A stretch of 64,000 nt of DNA, taken from NCBI RefSeq assembly GCF_963921235.1, contig NC_086107.1, positions 110,920,001 to 110,984,000 of the forward strand, read 5' to 3'. The notes under the pieces are model-generated. The model saw nothing but the letters and a program-made list of their open reading frames with translations. It was not told where the DNA came from and searched no databases. Below are positions 63,170 to 64,000 of this stretch, piece by piece. Position 1 is the first letter of the stretch. Every line of letters starts with the position of its first letter. Position numbers and translations under genes: made by a program. The stretch is from Mobula hypostoma. Its lineage: Eukaryota.

Positions 63170-63570
63170 CATGCTGGAGGAGCTCAGCCGGTCAGGCAGC
63201 TTCTGTGGATGTGAGTAAATGGTTGGTGTTTTGGGCTGAGACCCTTCACTGGGATTGGAAGGGAAGGGGCTGGGAAGAAGGTGGGGGGAGGGGAGGAAGA
63301 AGCACAAGGTGGAGGTGATGGGTGAAACTGGGAGGGGGAGGGGAGGAAGAAGCAGAAGGTGGCAGGTGATGGGTGAAACTGGGAAAGCTGAGAAGTTGAT
63401 TGGTGAAAGAGATAAAGGGCAGGAGGAGAGGGAATATGACAGGAAAATACTGAAGACCATCAAAGAAAAGGAAGGGTGGGGAGCACCGGATGGGCAGGAA
63501 GAAAAGGTGTGAGAGGGAAACAAGAATGAGGAATGGTGAAGGGAGAGAAGGGGGATAATTACCAGAAGTC
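63170..63570 (-). mobile_element. Degenerate Penelope pLTR fragment
   Basis: gctggaggagctcagc...gggctgagacccttca followed by a purine-rich body. Confidence 0.7.
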
Positions 63571-64000
63571 TCTCTCCTGGCAGTCCGTGTCCCTTGTTTC
63601 ATCCAACTCCACCCCTCATCGCCCATATTACCATCCCCATGGTAATAATTAACCTGCCCATGAAGACATTAGGCTCAGCTTTGTCAGGTTGTAACCTGTC
63701 CATTATGAAGCAGGTCTGCCCTGCTCTAAAATCCATAAGACATTGGAGCAAACTAGACTATTTGGGCCCATTGAATCTGCTTCCCCCTCAGCTTCTTCCC
63801 CCTCCACCATCAGCTTTCTCCACAGATAATAAATCCAGGGACACGCAGCTTGAAGGGCCAAGTCTGGGCTGTACCTCAATAACTTAAGTAAATAATTCAC
63901 TATTCGCTGTATGAATCTTCAAATAATCAGTACCAGTGTCCCAGGAATATAAAGCCCTATCCCTTGCACCATCGTGGCACTTGATCAGTGTGTATTAATC

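Overview
Repeat-dense vertebrate genomic DNA. The TE inventory (CR1, Rex1/Babar, L1/Tx1, RTE, Penelope, Gypsy LTRs, Tc1, Tigger, Chapaev3, V-SINE/HE1-like SINEs) suggests a cartilaginous fish, probably a ray; this is inference. Almost every ORF in the supplied track is TE debris. Reading the unique islands between repeats gives a chain of 12 small minus-strand exons (10-149 nt, GT-AG, phase-compatible) from 60508 to 4990. They splice into a stop-free frame of about 228 codons that I do not recognise. Associated structures: (i) a ~1.35-kb inverted duplication that contains a microexon in one arm and brackets further exons; (ii) a second reading frame open across four exons, plus a 17-nt frame-switching microexon candidate; (iii) several Penelope-derived insertions with minimal hammerhead ribozymes, three of them fold-back elements with ~14-16 bp TSDs; (iv) four diverged paralogous exon-like units on the opposite strand; (v) a 4-kb 44-bp minisatellite next to a microexon. 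The gene model was built by eye and needs RNA-seq confirmation.
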